DNA of 64,000 bases from an uncultured Desulfobacter sp. (GTDB taxonomy: Bacteria; Desulfobacterota; Desulfobacteria; Desulfobacterales; Desulfobacteraceae). The stretch is taken from NCBI GenBank assembly GCA_963665095.1, contig OY762069.1:1088001-1152000 (forward strand), read 5' to 3'. The position numbers were made by a program, and so were the translations under genes. The notes under the pieces are model-generated. The model did no database searches, was not told the origin of the DNA, and was given only the letters and a program-made list of their open reading frames with translations. Shown here in pieces: positions 38,444 to 48,855 of this stretch (within the stretch, counting starts at the first letter, position 1; each line of letters begins with the position of its first letter).

Positions 38444-38873
38444 GTTATCCTCCATGGAAAGTTTTATTTTCAATATACTTAAGCCTTAATAGTTCATTTG
38501 AAAATTCTTATTTCGTGAGAATATAGTTTAGGGAAATTTTTTCAAATGATAATTGTACGGCCTGTCATGGTCAGCCTTCTTGCCTCGCCATTATGAATAT
38601 AATCTTCCACGAAAAATTTATGCTACACTGCACCATTCATAGCGTCAAGGCAAGTAAAATATAAGCAGCATTTCATTGAAATTTCATTGCTACTTTGTAA
38701 GTATTATATGAATTCTAACCACCTGCAAACACTAATAAATACCTAATATTGCACGGCACCATTTCCCCTTGACAAAACAATGCCTGTATACCATATTGCC
38801 ATCACAGAGCCGGGCCTTTCGCCTGCATCGTCTTAAAAACCCACGATACGCCATACAAAAAAAGGAGAATCCA

Positions 38874-39128
38874 ATGGCTGCAACACAAATGGCAAAACAG
38901 ATGATTGATTTTCAGAAAAGCATCCTGAATAACAGCTACAACGCCCTTACCGTTATTCAGAACCAGACAGAGACCATGATTAACAGCTATGCTGAACAGC
39001 TTCCATGGATGACCGATGAGGTTAAAACACAGTTAACCCAGAACTTTGAGCAGGCCAGAAAAGCCGGAGAAGAATTTAAAAAAGCCATTGATGACGGCTA
39101 TGCACGGTTTGAGGCCATGCTTGATTAA
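38874..39128 (+). CDS. Phasin-like small helical protein
   Basis: KQMIDFQKS...NSYNAL...QNQTE, amphipathic, 84 aa, strong AAGGAG SD, PHA gene context. Confidence 0.65.
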   Translation: MAATQMAKQMIDFQKSILNNSYNALTVIQNQTETMINSYAEQLPWMTDEVKTQLTQNFEQARKAGEEFKKAIDDGYARFEAMLD

Positions 39129-39231
39129 GGCCCACGATCAAAATTATAATGAGCAGAATTTTGTGAGTATAAAGGCTTGTTAAAATTTGGCTAACCAGTC
39201 TGACTCAGTTAGAAAATAGTATACTGTAAAC

Positions 39232-39272
39232 AATAAGGCGTTGAAAAGGTTCACCCTTTTCAACGCCTTATT
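39232..39272. terminator. Terminator hairpin
   Basis: AATAAGGCGTTGAAAAGG/CCTTTTCAACGCCTTATT, an 18-bp perfect stem. Confidence 0.75.
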
Positions 39273-39369
39273 CCTTTTTAGATCTGACAATGTCCACAGG
39301 CGCCATACCGCTCACTGCAGTATAGAATTTACAGTTCACTTTTAAAAGCAACCCATTGCCTTTGAATAA

Positions 39370-40131
39370 TCAGGCACTCTCCCGGTGGGCAGTAACATGG
39401 GGGATAATTATATCCCGCGTCATCTGAGCCACCTGTTCAACAGGCATATCTTTGAAACGGGAAAACGGAATGACATCCAGAATTTTAACCTCCATCTGTG
39501 TGTGTCCCTGGAATGTCAGCGAATATTTGGGCAGAGCTTTTATGGTGTTGTTGATGGCAATGGGCTGGATATCGGTACCGGTGCGCAGGGCAAGCGCGAA
39601 TGCACCGGTTTTAAACGGGCCCAATCGTCCGGTTTTTGACCGTGTCCCTTCAGGGAAAAAAAATATGGAGATATTTCTTTTCAGCAGAAATTCACATCTT
39701 GCCATCATTGACTTAACACTGTCTTTATTACCGCGCTTAAGCTTAATGTCCCCATTATTGAGCGCCATGTTCCACCCGATAAAAGGCAGCTTGAATACAG
39801 AATCCTTGGAGACCCACCGGTAAGGAAACAAAAGCCGGTAAAGCACCAGAATATCCATCTGGCTCTGGTGATTGGATACAAACAGATAATTTTTACGCAC
39901 GTCCAGTTTTTCCCGCCCAATAATTTTGACAGACCAGGGGGGCATCACCCAGGTATAAACACTTGCCCAAAAGGCACTGAAGACATTTGACACAACTCTT
40001 CTGCGATCAAAGGGGGCTGTGCAAATGCGCAGTATACAGGCAATACAGAAAAAAACGGCCGATGTAATGCCGATAAAACTGATAAATACACCGGAAAAGG
40101 CTTTGTTCAGTATATTTGTGCTATAACTCAT
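39370..40131 (-). CDS. plsC: 1-acyl-sn-glycerol-3-phosphate acyltransferase
   Basis: SNHQSQMD, FFPEGTRS, FKTGAF. Confidence 0.85.
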   Translation of the reverse strand: MSYSTNILNKAFSGVFISFIGITSAVFFCIACILRICTAPFDRRRVVSNVFSAFWASVYTWVMPPWSVKIIGREKLDVRKNYLFVSNHQSQMDILVLYRLLFPYRWVSKDSVFKLPFIGWNMALNNGDIKLKRGNKDSVKSMMARCEFLLKRNISIFFFPEGTRSKTGRLGPFKTGAFALALRTGTDIQPIAINNTIKALPKYSLTFQGHTQMEVKILDVIPFSRFKDMPVEQVAQMTRDIIIPHVTAHRESA

Positions 40132-41002
40132 AGGGGGTCAGACTCTCATACCCGTCTTCTGTTACAAGAATGGTCTGTTCAAACTGGGCGGAGAGGGACC
40201 CGTCATTGGTTACGGCCGTCCACCGGTCCTCAAGCACATGCAGCTCTTTTTTACCTAAGTTGACCATGGGCTCAATGGTAAACACCATACCGGGCACCAG
40301 GGCAACACCGGTACCTGGTTTGCCGAAATGAAGCACCTGGGGTTGCTCATGGAAATCAATCCCCACGCCATGCCCCACAAACTCCCGGACCACAGAACAG
40401 CCCTGACCTTCGGCATAATGCTGGATGGCATGACCGATATCTCCCAACGTGGCACCGGGCTTGACTGTCTCAATGCCAAGGCGCAGGCTTTCGGCCGCCA
40501 CAGCAACAATCTTCTGGGCGTCCCGTCCTGGGGTACCCACAAAAAAGGTTTTATTTGCATCTGCATAAAACCCCTTGAGAATGGGAGTAATATCAACATT
40601 GACAATATCTCCGTCCTCAAGTATCCGCTCTCCGGGTATGCCGTGGCAGATGACCTCGTTGATAGAGACGCACACGCTTTTGGGAAACCCCCGGTAGTTA
40701 AGGGGGGCAGGCACGGCACCGGCTTCAATGGTCCGCTCATGGACATAGGTATTGATATCATCAGTTTTCAGTCCGGGCCGGATCATGGCCTCCACCCCGT
40801 CCATAATGGAGAGCAGAAGTTCTCCGCATTTTCTGATCCCCTCAACCTGTTCAGGCGTTTTCAGGATGATATCATACTGATTCTTGTATTTTTCCTTCAG
40901 GGAAATATGTGTCTTTTTATTCCGGCAGCAGTGTTTGAATTTTTTTCCGCTGCCGCAGGGGCAAAGGGCGTTGGGCCGGATGCTGGTCGATTTGAGTTTC
41001 AT
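40121..41002 (-). CDS. map: Methionine aminopeptidase type I with an N-terminal SEC-C motif
   Basis: CPCGSGKKFKHCC; SINEVICHGIP, GHGVG..FHE, FTIEPM, SAQFEQT. Confidence 0.95.
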   Translation of the reverse strand: MKLKSTSIRPNALCPCGSGKKFKHCCRNKKTHISLKEKYKNQYDIILKTPEQVEGIRKCGELLLSIMDGVEAMIRPGLKTDDINTYVHERTIEAGAVPAPLNYRGFPKSVCVSINEVICHGIPGERILEDGDIVNVDITPILKGFYADANKTFFVGTPGRDAQKIVAVAAESLRLGIETVKPGATLGDIGHAIQHYAEGQGCSVVREFVGHGVGIDFHEQPQVLHFGKPGTGVALVPGMVFTIEPMVNLGKKELHVLEDRWTAVTNDGSLSAQFEQTILVTEDGYESLTPYEL

Positions 41003-41009
41003 TTGGTTG

Positions 41010-42374
41010 TCAGTCGCTTTCGCAGACCTCTCCCCAGAGGGAATGGGGGTATGCATTTTTAATGTTAATTGATATCAGGTCTGCGATCCTGGCCTGATCT
41101 GACGCAAAATGGATAATTTTATTGGATGCGCTTCTGCCAAACATCTGTCTGGTATTTTCAGTAACCTTTACAAACCCGTCCCGGGGTTTTGGACTTTCGC
41201 CCTCCACCAGTACCTGGACAGTTTTCCCCACAAGGGCCAGGTTTTTCTTTTCCGTGATCTGCTCCTGGAACTGCAGCAGTTCATTGAGGCGGTCCTTTTT
41301 AGTCTTTTCATCAAGCTGGCCGTCAAATTTGGCAGCCGGCGTAAAGGCGCGCGCAGAATAGGCAAAGGCAAACACCGCGTCAAACTCCACGGTTTTCAGC
41401 AGATCCATAGTATCCTGAAAATCCTCCTGGGTCTCGCCGGGAAATCCCACGATCATGTCCGTGGACAAAGAGATGTCCGGGCAGGCCTGTCTGAGGGCTG
41501 TGATCCGGGCCAGGTAGGTGTCCCGGTCATACTTGCGGTTCATTCTCTTTAAGATGGCATTTGAACCGGACTGAACCGGCAGATGAAGGTGGTTGCACAC
41601 CTTGTCAATCTCTTTCATGGCCCGGATCAGGTCTGATGAGAGGTCCTTGGGGTTGGAGGTGGCAAAGCGGATGCGCTCAATGCCGTCCACCTTTCCTGCC
41701 ATATACAGCAGTTCAGGGAATGAGACCCTGCCGTTCATCCCGGCATAGGAGTTAACGTTTTGTCCAAGCAGGGTAATTTCCTTGACACCCGATGCTGCCA
41801 GCACCTGCATTTCATTTATAATGGACTTCGGGTCCCGGCTCTTTTCCTTGCCCCGGACATAGGGCACCACGCAGTAGGTGCAGAAATTTTCACACCCCTG
41901 CATGATGGTAACAAACCTGGATACCTGGAAGGGTCCTGCCAGGCTGTCCTGGGGCAGGCCTTCAAAAATCTGCTGGCAGGTATCTGTATCCACAATACGT
42001 TTTTTGCCAGCCGCAATGGCCTCAAGATGGATGCCCAGGCGCTCAAAGGCCTGGGTCCCTAAAACCAGATCTAAAAGGGGCAGCCGTTCAAAGGCTGTTT
42101 CACCAACCTTCTGGGCCACACATCCGGCCATGATGGTGACAGGTCCTTTTTCTTTTACCCGGGTACCGGCAAACCGTCCCAGAAAACTGAAGGCTTTTTC
42201 CTCAGCCTTGTGCCGGACAGCACAGGTATTGCATAACACCAGATCGGCAGCATCCAGGTCCCGGGTCTGCTCAAATCCGGCCTTTGACAGTATTCCGGCC
42301 AGGATCTGGGAGTCGTACACGTTCATCTGACACCCAATGGTGTTTATATAAGCTTTGAGATTATTTTGACTCAA
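41010..42374 (-). CDS. miaB: tRNA methylthiotransferase MiaB
   Basis: GCQMNVYDS, NTCAVR, GCENFCTYCVVPYVRG, LLGQNVNSY, HLPVQSGS, TRAM domain. Confidence 0.95.
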   Translation of the reverse strand: MSQNNLKAYINTIGCQMNVYDSQILAGILSKAGFEQTRDLDAADLVLCNTCAVRHKAEEKAFSFLGRFAGTRVKEKGPVTIMAGCVAQKVGETAFERLPLLDLVLGTQAFERLGIHLEAIAAGKKRIVDTDTCQQIFEGLPQDSLAGPFQVSRFVTIMQGCENFCTYCVVPYVRGKEKSRDPKSIINEMQVLAASGVKEITLLGQNVNSYAGMNGRVSFPELLYMAGKVDGIERIRFATSNPKDLSSDLIRAMKEIDKVCNHLHLPVQSGSNAILKRMNRKYDRDTYLARITALRQACPDISLSTDMIVGFPGETQEDFQDTMDLLKTVEFDAVFAFAYSARAFTPAAKFDGQLDEKTKKDRLNELLQFQEQITEKKNLALVGKTVQVLVEGESPKPRDGFVKVTENTRQMFGRSASNKIIHFASDQARIADLISINIKNAYPHSLWGEVCESD

Positions 42375-42570
42375 AATAGAAATCCTTTTTCAACGCATCT
42401 GTCACCTGATCCACCTCATCTTCCCGGTCAGGGGGCATGGAAATCTGAATATGGCCGGTTTTAGAGTCCAGGGTCGTAACAACAGCAAGCCCTTCATAAG
42501 CCTCGAAAATAAACCGGATGAATCCGATCCGGGTTTTATCTACCATATACTGTTTTACCAAAGATTGCAT
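42361..42570 (-). CDS. DUF4911-like small protein
   Basis: IGFIRFIFEAYEGLAVVTTLD; overlaps the miaB start. Confidence 0.75.
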   Translation of the reverse strand: MQSLVKQYMVDKTRIGFIRFIFEAYEGLAVVTTLDSKTGHIQISMPPDREDEVDQVTDALKKDFYFESK

Positions 42571-42794
42571 AACATTCCATTAATATTTCTTTATGAACCG
42601 GATACTATACCACCACCCCCAACCGTTTCCAAGAGTTTTGCAGAAACAATAAAACGGCATCATATAAACCTGCGGCCTGACAGATAAAAATCATTTTGAA
42701 TTTTTATCAACATCCGTTTTCCCGGGCAAAAGATTTGTGATATTAATGAAACCGGTTCAGTATATTTGACTCAGCAAACGCAGGAGTTCAGGGA

Positions 42795-44042
42795 ATGAGA
42801 AAACATAACGGCTCTCAGATTTACGGCATTCAGCGACTTGTAACCGATCTTAAAATGGGGATGAACAAAGAACTCTCATCGCTGAGCCTGAAACAAAAGC
42901 TTGCCTTGAGATATGTTTCCAAAGAGAGCAAACTGACCAAAATAGGAAACAAGATATATTCAAATACCTTTACACCCTATTTCCCGTCCCTTGCCTATGA
43001 CCGCTTTCTTAAAGGGGTTGTGGTAACAACATCGGGAAAACCCTCTCCTGTGGTGACCAATTTTGCCGTAACGCCCCAATGCCCCTGCAACTGCTGGCAC
43101 TGCTCTTTTTCAGACCGGTCCCAAAAGGATATTCTTTCCCTGGATCAGATCAAAAACGCGATATCACAGGTCCAGGCCTTAGGCGTAAGCGTTATTGGGT
43201 TTACCGGCGGGGAGCCGCTCTTGCGCAACGACCTTGAAGAAATTATAGCCAGTGTTGATGAACGGTCCATGCCGGTGATGTTTACAACCGGCTACAAACT
43301 GACCAGAGAACGGGTTAAGCGATTAAAGCAGGCAGGGCTTGAAATTCCCGTAATCAGCCTGGACCATTACAGTGCCAAGGTTCATGACAGCGGCAGACGC
43401 ACCAGAGGAATTTATGATTATGCGCTGAATGCCATCCGGCTTTTCCAGGACGAAGGATTTTATGTTGCGGTATCATTTGTACCGGATAAAACTCTGGTCA
43501 GCAACCGGGAGGAGATTTTCAAGGTCATTGAATTTTTCAAGGAACTTGGCATCAATGACATGAGGCTTACCTCCCCGATTTTGAGCGGAAAGCTTACAGC
43601 AAAACCGGAAGAGCAGCTCACTTCTGAAAATATAAAAACCATATTTGAAATACAGAAGAAATGTTCCAGCACCAAAGGATATCCAGGTGTTTTTGCCTAT
43701 GACTTTTTTGAAAGCGGGCAATACTATGGCTGTGGGGCGGGGTATAACTATATATTCATTGATTCTCAGGGCAACATCTGCCCCTGCGACTTTACCATGC
43801 TCTCCTTTGGAAATATCCACGAGCAGCCGGTGAAAAAAATATGGGAGGAGACAAGTAAACACTTCTGCAAGCCGGGATATTCCTGTTACGCCAACCTGAG
43901 CAATGATTTTATCTATGCAAAAAAGTCAAAAGAGTGGCCCCTGAGAAAGCAGGCCACCATCGACATTCTGAACGAGTGCCCGTCTTACGATGTTGATAAA
44001 ACGCCCGAATTTTACAGACGTATGGGATGCACATTTAGATAA
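42795..44042 (+). CDS. Radical SAM protein with a SPASM/twitch domain
   Basis: CPCNCWHC, FTGGEPLLR, ISLD, GCGAG...IDSQGNICPCD, FGNI. Confidence 0.9.
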   Translation: MRKHNGSQIYGIQRLVTDLKMGMNKELSSLSLKQKLALRYVSKESKLTKIGNKIYSNTFTPYFPSLAYDRFLKGVVVTTSGKPSPVVTNFAVTPQCPCNCWHCSFSDRSQKDILSLDQIKNAISQVQALGVSVIGFTGGEPLLRNDLEEIIASVDERSMPVMFTTGYKLTRERVKRLKQAGLEIPVISLDHYSAKVHDSGRRTRGIYDYALNAIRLFQDEGFYVAVSFVPDKTLVSNREEIFKVIEFFKELGINDMRLTSPILSGKLTAKPEEQLTSENIKTIFEIQKKCSSTKGYPGVFAYDFFESGQYYGCGAGYNYIFIDSQGNICPCDFTMLSFGNIHEQPVKKIWEETSKHFCKPGYSCYANLSNDFIYAKKSKEWPLRKQATIDILNECPSYDVDKTPEFYRRMGCTFR

Positions 44043-44073
44043 TCCCGTGATAAACCCCGGGAAACCAGCGGTA

Positions 44074-44277
44074 TTATACCTTCCCCTCGCCCACCAGGCG
44101 GGCAAAATGTTCATAACTTCTGTCATAAGTCCGCTCGGCATCGTCGGGAAAGACACAGGCCGGAAGCTGGCGCATCCGGACATGATACCGGATACATTCG
44201 CAGCATATGCCTTTTCTTGAGCAGGGGTCATAGGAACAGTTGCATTGTTCCAGATTTTTATTTTGTTTGCATTCCAT
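44074..44277 (-). CDS. Small Cys-rich protein (DUF6485-like)
   Basis: [21 protein letters not shown]...LPACVFP...TYDRS. Confidence 0.75.
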   Translation of the reverse strand: MECKQNKNLEQCNCSYDPCSRKGICCECIRYHVRMRQLPACVFPDDAERTYDRSYEHFARLVGEGKV

Positions 44278-44348
44278 ATCAGGCGTCTCCTTCCAATCCG
44301 GCATACTTTTTTAAGGATCTCCGGAAACATTCAAGTATCAATCCAGCA

Positions 44349-45656
44349 CTATCCAATGACGGAAAAGCTGGAGTCTTTGTTGATCTCCCGGTTTCTGGAG
44401 AAGAATCCCACATCCAGAGACCGGTCCAGATATTTAAGCTGGAACTGGAACGGCGTTTTGTCATGATCCAGGCCCCCTTCACAAGCCTTGACCAGACTGG
44501 CCATCATGGCCCCGGCCACGGGTGCGTTTTTATATTGGTTGCCCGAGGTGCCCACAGCCATGTAGAATCCGGGCAGATCACTCTTGTCATAAACAGGAAT
44601 CCAGTCATCGGCCACATCGTACAGCTCAACCACCCCCTGGAACTGGTTGGGGATGGGCAGTCCCTTTACCCGCATTGCCTCCCTGATTACCATGCAGCGA
44701 TACTGGTCTGTAAAATTGGTGTTGTAATTGTCCGGATCATCCACCCAGAGCCTGGGATCACATTCAGGATCTTCCGAGCCTATAAGAAAATGGTTTCCCA
44801 CCTCCGGCCTGGAATAGCACCCGATGTCACCGTCCGACAGCATATAACCATCCCGTTCCCAATTCATTCCCTCGGGTGCGGGGACATGGGCGACCTCCTG
44901 CTTCATGGGTCTTGTATGGATGTTCATCTTGTCAGCCACCCCGGCCATCTCATTAATCTGAAAGGAGTGGGGACCGGAAATATTAACCACCACAGGGGCT
45001 TCGATCTCAGTACCGTCCTCAAGTTTCACGCCCGCCGTCCTGTTATTCAGTGTCAGGATCTCCGTTACCCGTGCATTGTAAAGGAATCGTCCGCCTTTGG
45101 CCTGTGCCGCCACCATGGCATTATGGGCGGAAAGTTTGGGATCGGAGATGTATCCCGATTCCGGCACCCAGATGGCACCGGGAATCTTGCCGCCCGTGGG
45201 TTTTCCAAATTCCGGATCATCAATCCATTTCTGGGGATAGTAGCTTTGGGTATCCACATTGGGAAGATAGGGAGTCAGTTCATCAGGGCCCAGGTCCAGA
45301 AAGCCCACATTCAGTTCTCGTAAGGCCTTTTTCACGTTTTCAAGGTTCTTGTTGATTTTCGTCTTTATGACCAGCGCCCCGGTATTCCGGTAATAGGCCA
45401 TGCCGTCCGGATCCATGATCTCAAGATACTTGGGCCAGTTCAACCAGTAGTAATATCCCTCTCTTGCCAGGGTAACCCCCTGGGGTGTTGAGTAATGGAG
45501 ACGGATAATGGCGCAGGAACCGGAAGTGGAACCCATGCCCGCATCCCCGAGTTTATCGATATTCAGCGTTCTGTATCCAAGTTTGCTCATTTCAAAGGCT
45601 GTACAGCAGCCAATGATACCTGCTCCTATGATGATCACATCATATTTTTCGTTCAT
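44349..45656 (-). CDS. FAD-dependent oxidoreductase (DAO/sarcosine oxidase beta-like)
   Basis: IIGAGIIG, GSTSGS, GYISDP, YDVADDWIP, GTSGNQYK.AP. Confidence 0.9.
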   Translation of the reverse strand: MNEKYDVIIIGAGIIGCCTAFEMSKLGYRTLNIDKLGDAGMGSTSGSCAIIRLHYSTPQGVTLAREGYYYWLNWPKYLEIMDPDGMAYYRNTGALVIKTKINKNLENVKKALRELNVGFLDLGPDELTPYLPNVDTQSYYPQKWIDDPEFGKPTGGKIPGAIWVPESGYISDPKLSAHNAMVAAQAKGGRFLYNARVTEILTLNNRTAGVKLEDGTEIEAPVVVNISGPHSFQINEMAGVADKMNIHTRPMKQEVAHVPAPEGMNWERDGYMLSDGDIGCYSRPEVGNHFLIGSEDPECDPRLWVDDPDNYNTNFTDQYRCMVIREAMRVKGLPIPNQFQGVVELYDVADDWIPVYDKSDLPGFYMAVGTSGNQYKNAPVAGAMMASLVKACEGGLDHDKTPFQFQLKYLDRSLDVGFFSRNREINKDSSFSVIG

Positions 45657-45842
45657 TTTTCCCTCGGTGGTTTCGGGTTATAGTTGACACACCGGGCCAT
45701 AAAAATACTTTCCCGGCAAATCATGCATAAAACGCCTGGAAGAAAAAAGCAAAAAAATTCCCCCAGCCCATAAAGAAGCCGAGTGCTCTTGGCAGCGATG
45801 ACCTTGATATAGCAGAGCAATAAATCATCACTGTAAGGAAAA

Positions 45843-46622
45843 TTATTTTTCCCCGGTTCCCCGGTTTTTTACTTTTCCCACAGGGGCAAGGTATATTGCA
45901 AATTCCTGTTCACCATCAAGGCCGAGCAGCACATCTAATTTTTCCTGATCATACGCCGCAATCGCACAGGTCCCGGCATTAACAGCTTCACAGGCAAGGT
46001 ACAGATTCTGACAGACATGACCGGCATCCAGGGCGATGACTTTATGGGCTGCCAGCCCGTACCGCCATTCCATCCTGTATGGTATGGCAGACCAGATAAA
46101 CGTAACCGCTGATTTGCCCGGATAGGGTTGACCAAGACAGGCGTTGATCATTTTTTCTGACAGCATGTCATCGCTGAATTCAAACACGAGTTGATGGGAC
46201 AACGGTAAATATCGATAAACACCAGGCTCAATATCATCCACATTAAATACGGCAAGATAGGTTTCAAACGCATGACGACAGCCGGCAGACGGCACATTCC
46301 TGTAGGCATGACCGTGGAACTTTCTCCCCCTGACGCCCTGGGTGCACCACAACAGGTATGCCAGTTCCCCCCGTGTCAGGCTTTTATTCTGATAGACCCG
46401 GTGACTTTTTCTATTGCCTATGGCCTGTGTGATATCCATTCGCGGGATCATATCCCATTCATCAGGTCCTGGCAGGTCTATCAGGGCTGCACCTTCCGGA
46501 TAAGGCTTTTCAATCGGCGGCACTGGAACTCCCTGGTTTTGATCTGTAAATTGAAAAGCAATTGTTTTACGAATGCTATCCTTGAGAAAGTATCGATACC
46601 TTTCAAGCTGATCTTCTTTCAT
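45843..46622 (-). CDS. SagB/ThcOx-family nitroreductase-like dehydrogenase
   Basis: NRKSHR, RNVPSAGCRH, GVYRY, WRYG, LDAGHVCQNLYL. Confidence 0.88.
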   Translation of the reverse strand: MKEDQLERYRYFLKDSIRKTIAFQFTDQNQGVPVPPIEKPYPEGAALIDLPGPDEWDMIPRMDITQAIGNRKSHRVYQNKSLTRGELAYLLWCTQGVRGRKFHGHAYRNVPSAGCRHAFETYLAVFNVDDIEPGVYRYLPLSHQLVFEFSDDMLSEKMINACLGQPYPGKSAVTFIWSAIPYRMEWRYGLAAHKVIALDAGHVCQNLYLACEAVNAGTCAIAAYDQEKLDVLLGLDGEQEFAIYLAPVGKVKNRGTGEK

Positions 46623-47127
46623 TCTTTCCCCCGAAAAATTGGCTGTTGTCCTATGTTATACTGGAAAAGTATTTTTACAACGCATCCAGTTCAATAATTT
46701 CAGCCATGGCTATATGTCCTTTGTTTGATATTCAGTGCCCACTATTTTATTCACACTAGTGAAGGGTGTTGAAACCATTTAAATCATAAGGGAGTTATAA
46801 TTGCCTCACAGGTTTGAATTTTTTCTTTTTCAAAATCCAGTAGTTCATTTTTACCGTCGTATAATCTGAATTTGATTTTTACCGCGTGTTTTCATCTTAT
46901 GAAACGGCCTTGGTGAGGTTTCAGATATACCGGTATTGTCCGAGCTATCGGTTTTATGAAAAATTCAATGTCGAATTTTTTGATTTATCCTGTGGCTGCA
47001 AACAACTCCTTTTGTCTATCACTGCTTTTCACGCAGGGCGTAGGTATAAAGATCTTCCGCATTTTTCAAAACGCATTAATTGGAAAATTATTATAATATC
47101 AATCACATAATAGTATATAGGAAATGT

Positions 47128-48855
47128 ATGACTGATGAAAAATTTTTCCTTCTTCCCGTTAGTGAATGGCAACGCCGATATGAGGCATTGAGAGCCTCAT
47201 TTGTCGATCGCCTGCCGGCAAAAGTTGTCGCTGATCGTTTCGGGTATTCACCATCTTATGTAAACCTGCTCCGACATCAATTTTCTCATGGCAAGATTGA
47301 TTTTTCTGAACCCGTGCCTGAGGGGAAAATCAATAGACGGGCTGTGAGTATGGCTACTCGACAAAAGATCTGTTCCTGGCGCAAACACAGTCTATCTGCT
47401 GGAGAAATCACCCAGATGCTATCCGAAGAAGGGATAGAACTCTCCATTCGTACTGTCGAGCGGGTGCTGGCTGAAGAAGGATACCCTAAGTTGCCGCGGC
47501 GAACCCGTTTAAAAATGGGCCTTACTGTTCAAGGGACGCATGTTCCAGAAGTTTCCCAACTCATTGCCGCAGGCGTTGAACGAAACGTTGATTGTAACTC
47601 CGCCGGTGTGTTTTTGTTTGCCCCATTCATCGAACGACTCAATTTGGCCAAGGTCGTTGAGGAGGCAGGCCTTCCGGGCAGCAAAATGATTCCGGCTTTA
47701 CAGTACTTCCTCTCCTTTCTGGCCCTGAAATTGATTGGGACCGAACGCTTTGCACACATGAGTGATCACAACTTCGATGCCGGCTTAGGGGCATTTACTA
47801 ACCTGAACGTGTTACCAAAATGCACCGCGATGTCAACATACTCATACTCATTGGATGCTATCCAGTTGAATAGACGCCAACATGCCTTTGTAAAACAGGC
47901 TGGCCGCATTGGTCTTTACGACAGAAAGATCGTTAACCTTGACTTTCACACAATTCCACATTTCGGTGACGAGTCCGTACTGCAAAAGCATTGGGCCGGA
48001 GCCAGGAACAAGAGGATGAAAGGAGCACTGACACTTGTGGGACAGGATGCGGAATCTAAGCTTATTCTGTATACGGCAGCCGACATACAGCGAAGTGAGG
48101 CTGATGACCAGGTTCTGGAGTTTCTATCTTTCTGGAAAAAAACTCAGCGTGGGGTAGATCCCATGCTGATCTTCGATTCCAAGTTCACCAGCTATGCAAA
48201 CCTCTCTCAGCTTAATGGCCTCGGCATCAAGTTTATCACTCTGCGCCGCAGAGGTAAAAAGCTCATTGATTCCCTGGAAACTGCCGGCCCTTGGAAGCGT
48301 ATCCACATACCGCATGAAAAACGAAAGTATCAAAATCCGCAGGTATACGAATCCATGGTAGAGCTGAACGGCTATTCTGGCAGTATACGTCAGGTGGTCA
48401 TGCGCGGGAACGGTCATCAAAAACCAGCATTTTTGATATCAAACGATATGGATTCCCCAGTGGAAAGAATCGTCAGTGATTATGCCCGCCGGTGGCGGGT
48501 GGAAAATGTTATCTCTGAAGCTGTCAAGTTTTTCAACCTCAATGCGCTATCTTCGCCTATCTTGACAAAGGTGCATTTTGATATGATCATGACCATGATC
48601 GCCGATACACTTTACAGCATGTTGGCAGCAAAACTCAGGGGTTTTGAACACTGCGACTCGGCGAAAATCTACAGGCATTTTGTTAAGGGTAAAGGCACTA
48701 TAGACATGAGCGCTGACCAGATTATCGTCACCTTCCCCAAGAGAGCTCACAATCCGATTCTGAGGAATGCCCCCTGGCATCGGTTACCCAAAAAAATATC
48801 GTGGTTGGGCAACGCTGGCCTTGAATTGAAATTCAAATCAGTAGTGTCCGGTTAG
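47128..48855 (+). mobile_element. Large DDE transposase with an N-terminal HTH; its last codons are supplied by the IS4 end
   Basis: QRRYEALRA, LSIRTVERVL, LDFH, IFDSK, FITLR, YARRWRVENVI; the terminal SVVSG* is read from the IS4 inverted repeat. Confidence 0.85.

Noticed and set aside
40121..41002. SEC-C motif fused to Map as a novelty
   Set aside because: This architecture is already known in anaerobes.
44217..45323. Long antisense ORFs (368 aa here; also 28366-29223, 30128-30901, 40328-41062 and others)
   Set aside because: They are shadows of well-supported genes on the opposite strand and have no motifs.
42795..46622. RiPP cluster (radical SAM + Cys-rich peptide + SagB + oxidoreductase)
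   Set aside because: There is no YcaO, transporter or leader-type precursor, the orientation is mixed, and these families commonly occur alone.
46622..47127. Distal att site or left end of the large transposase element
   Set aside because: I could not find a tRNA 3' duplicate or a matching inverted repeat by eye.
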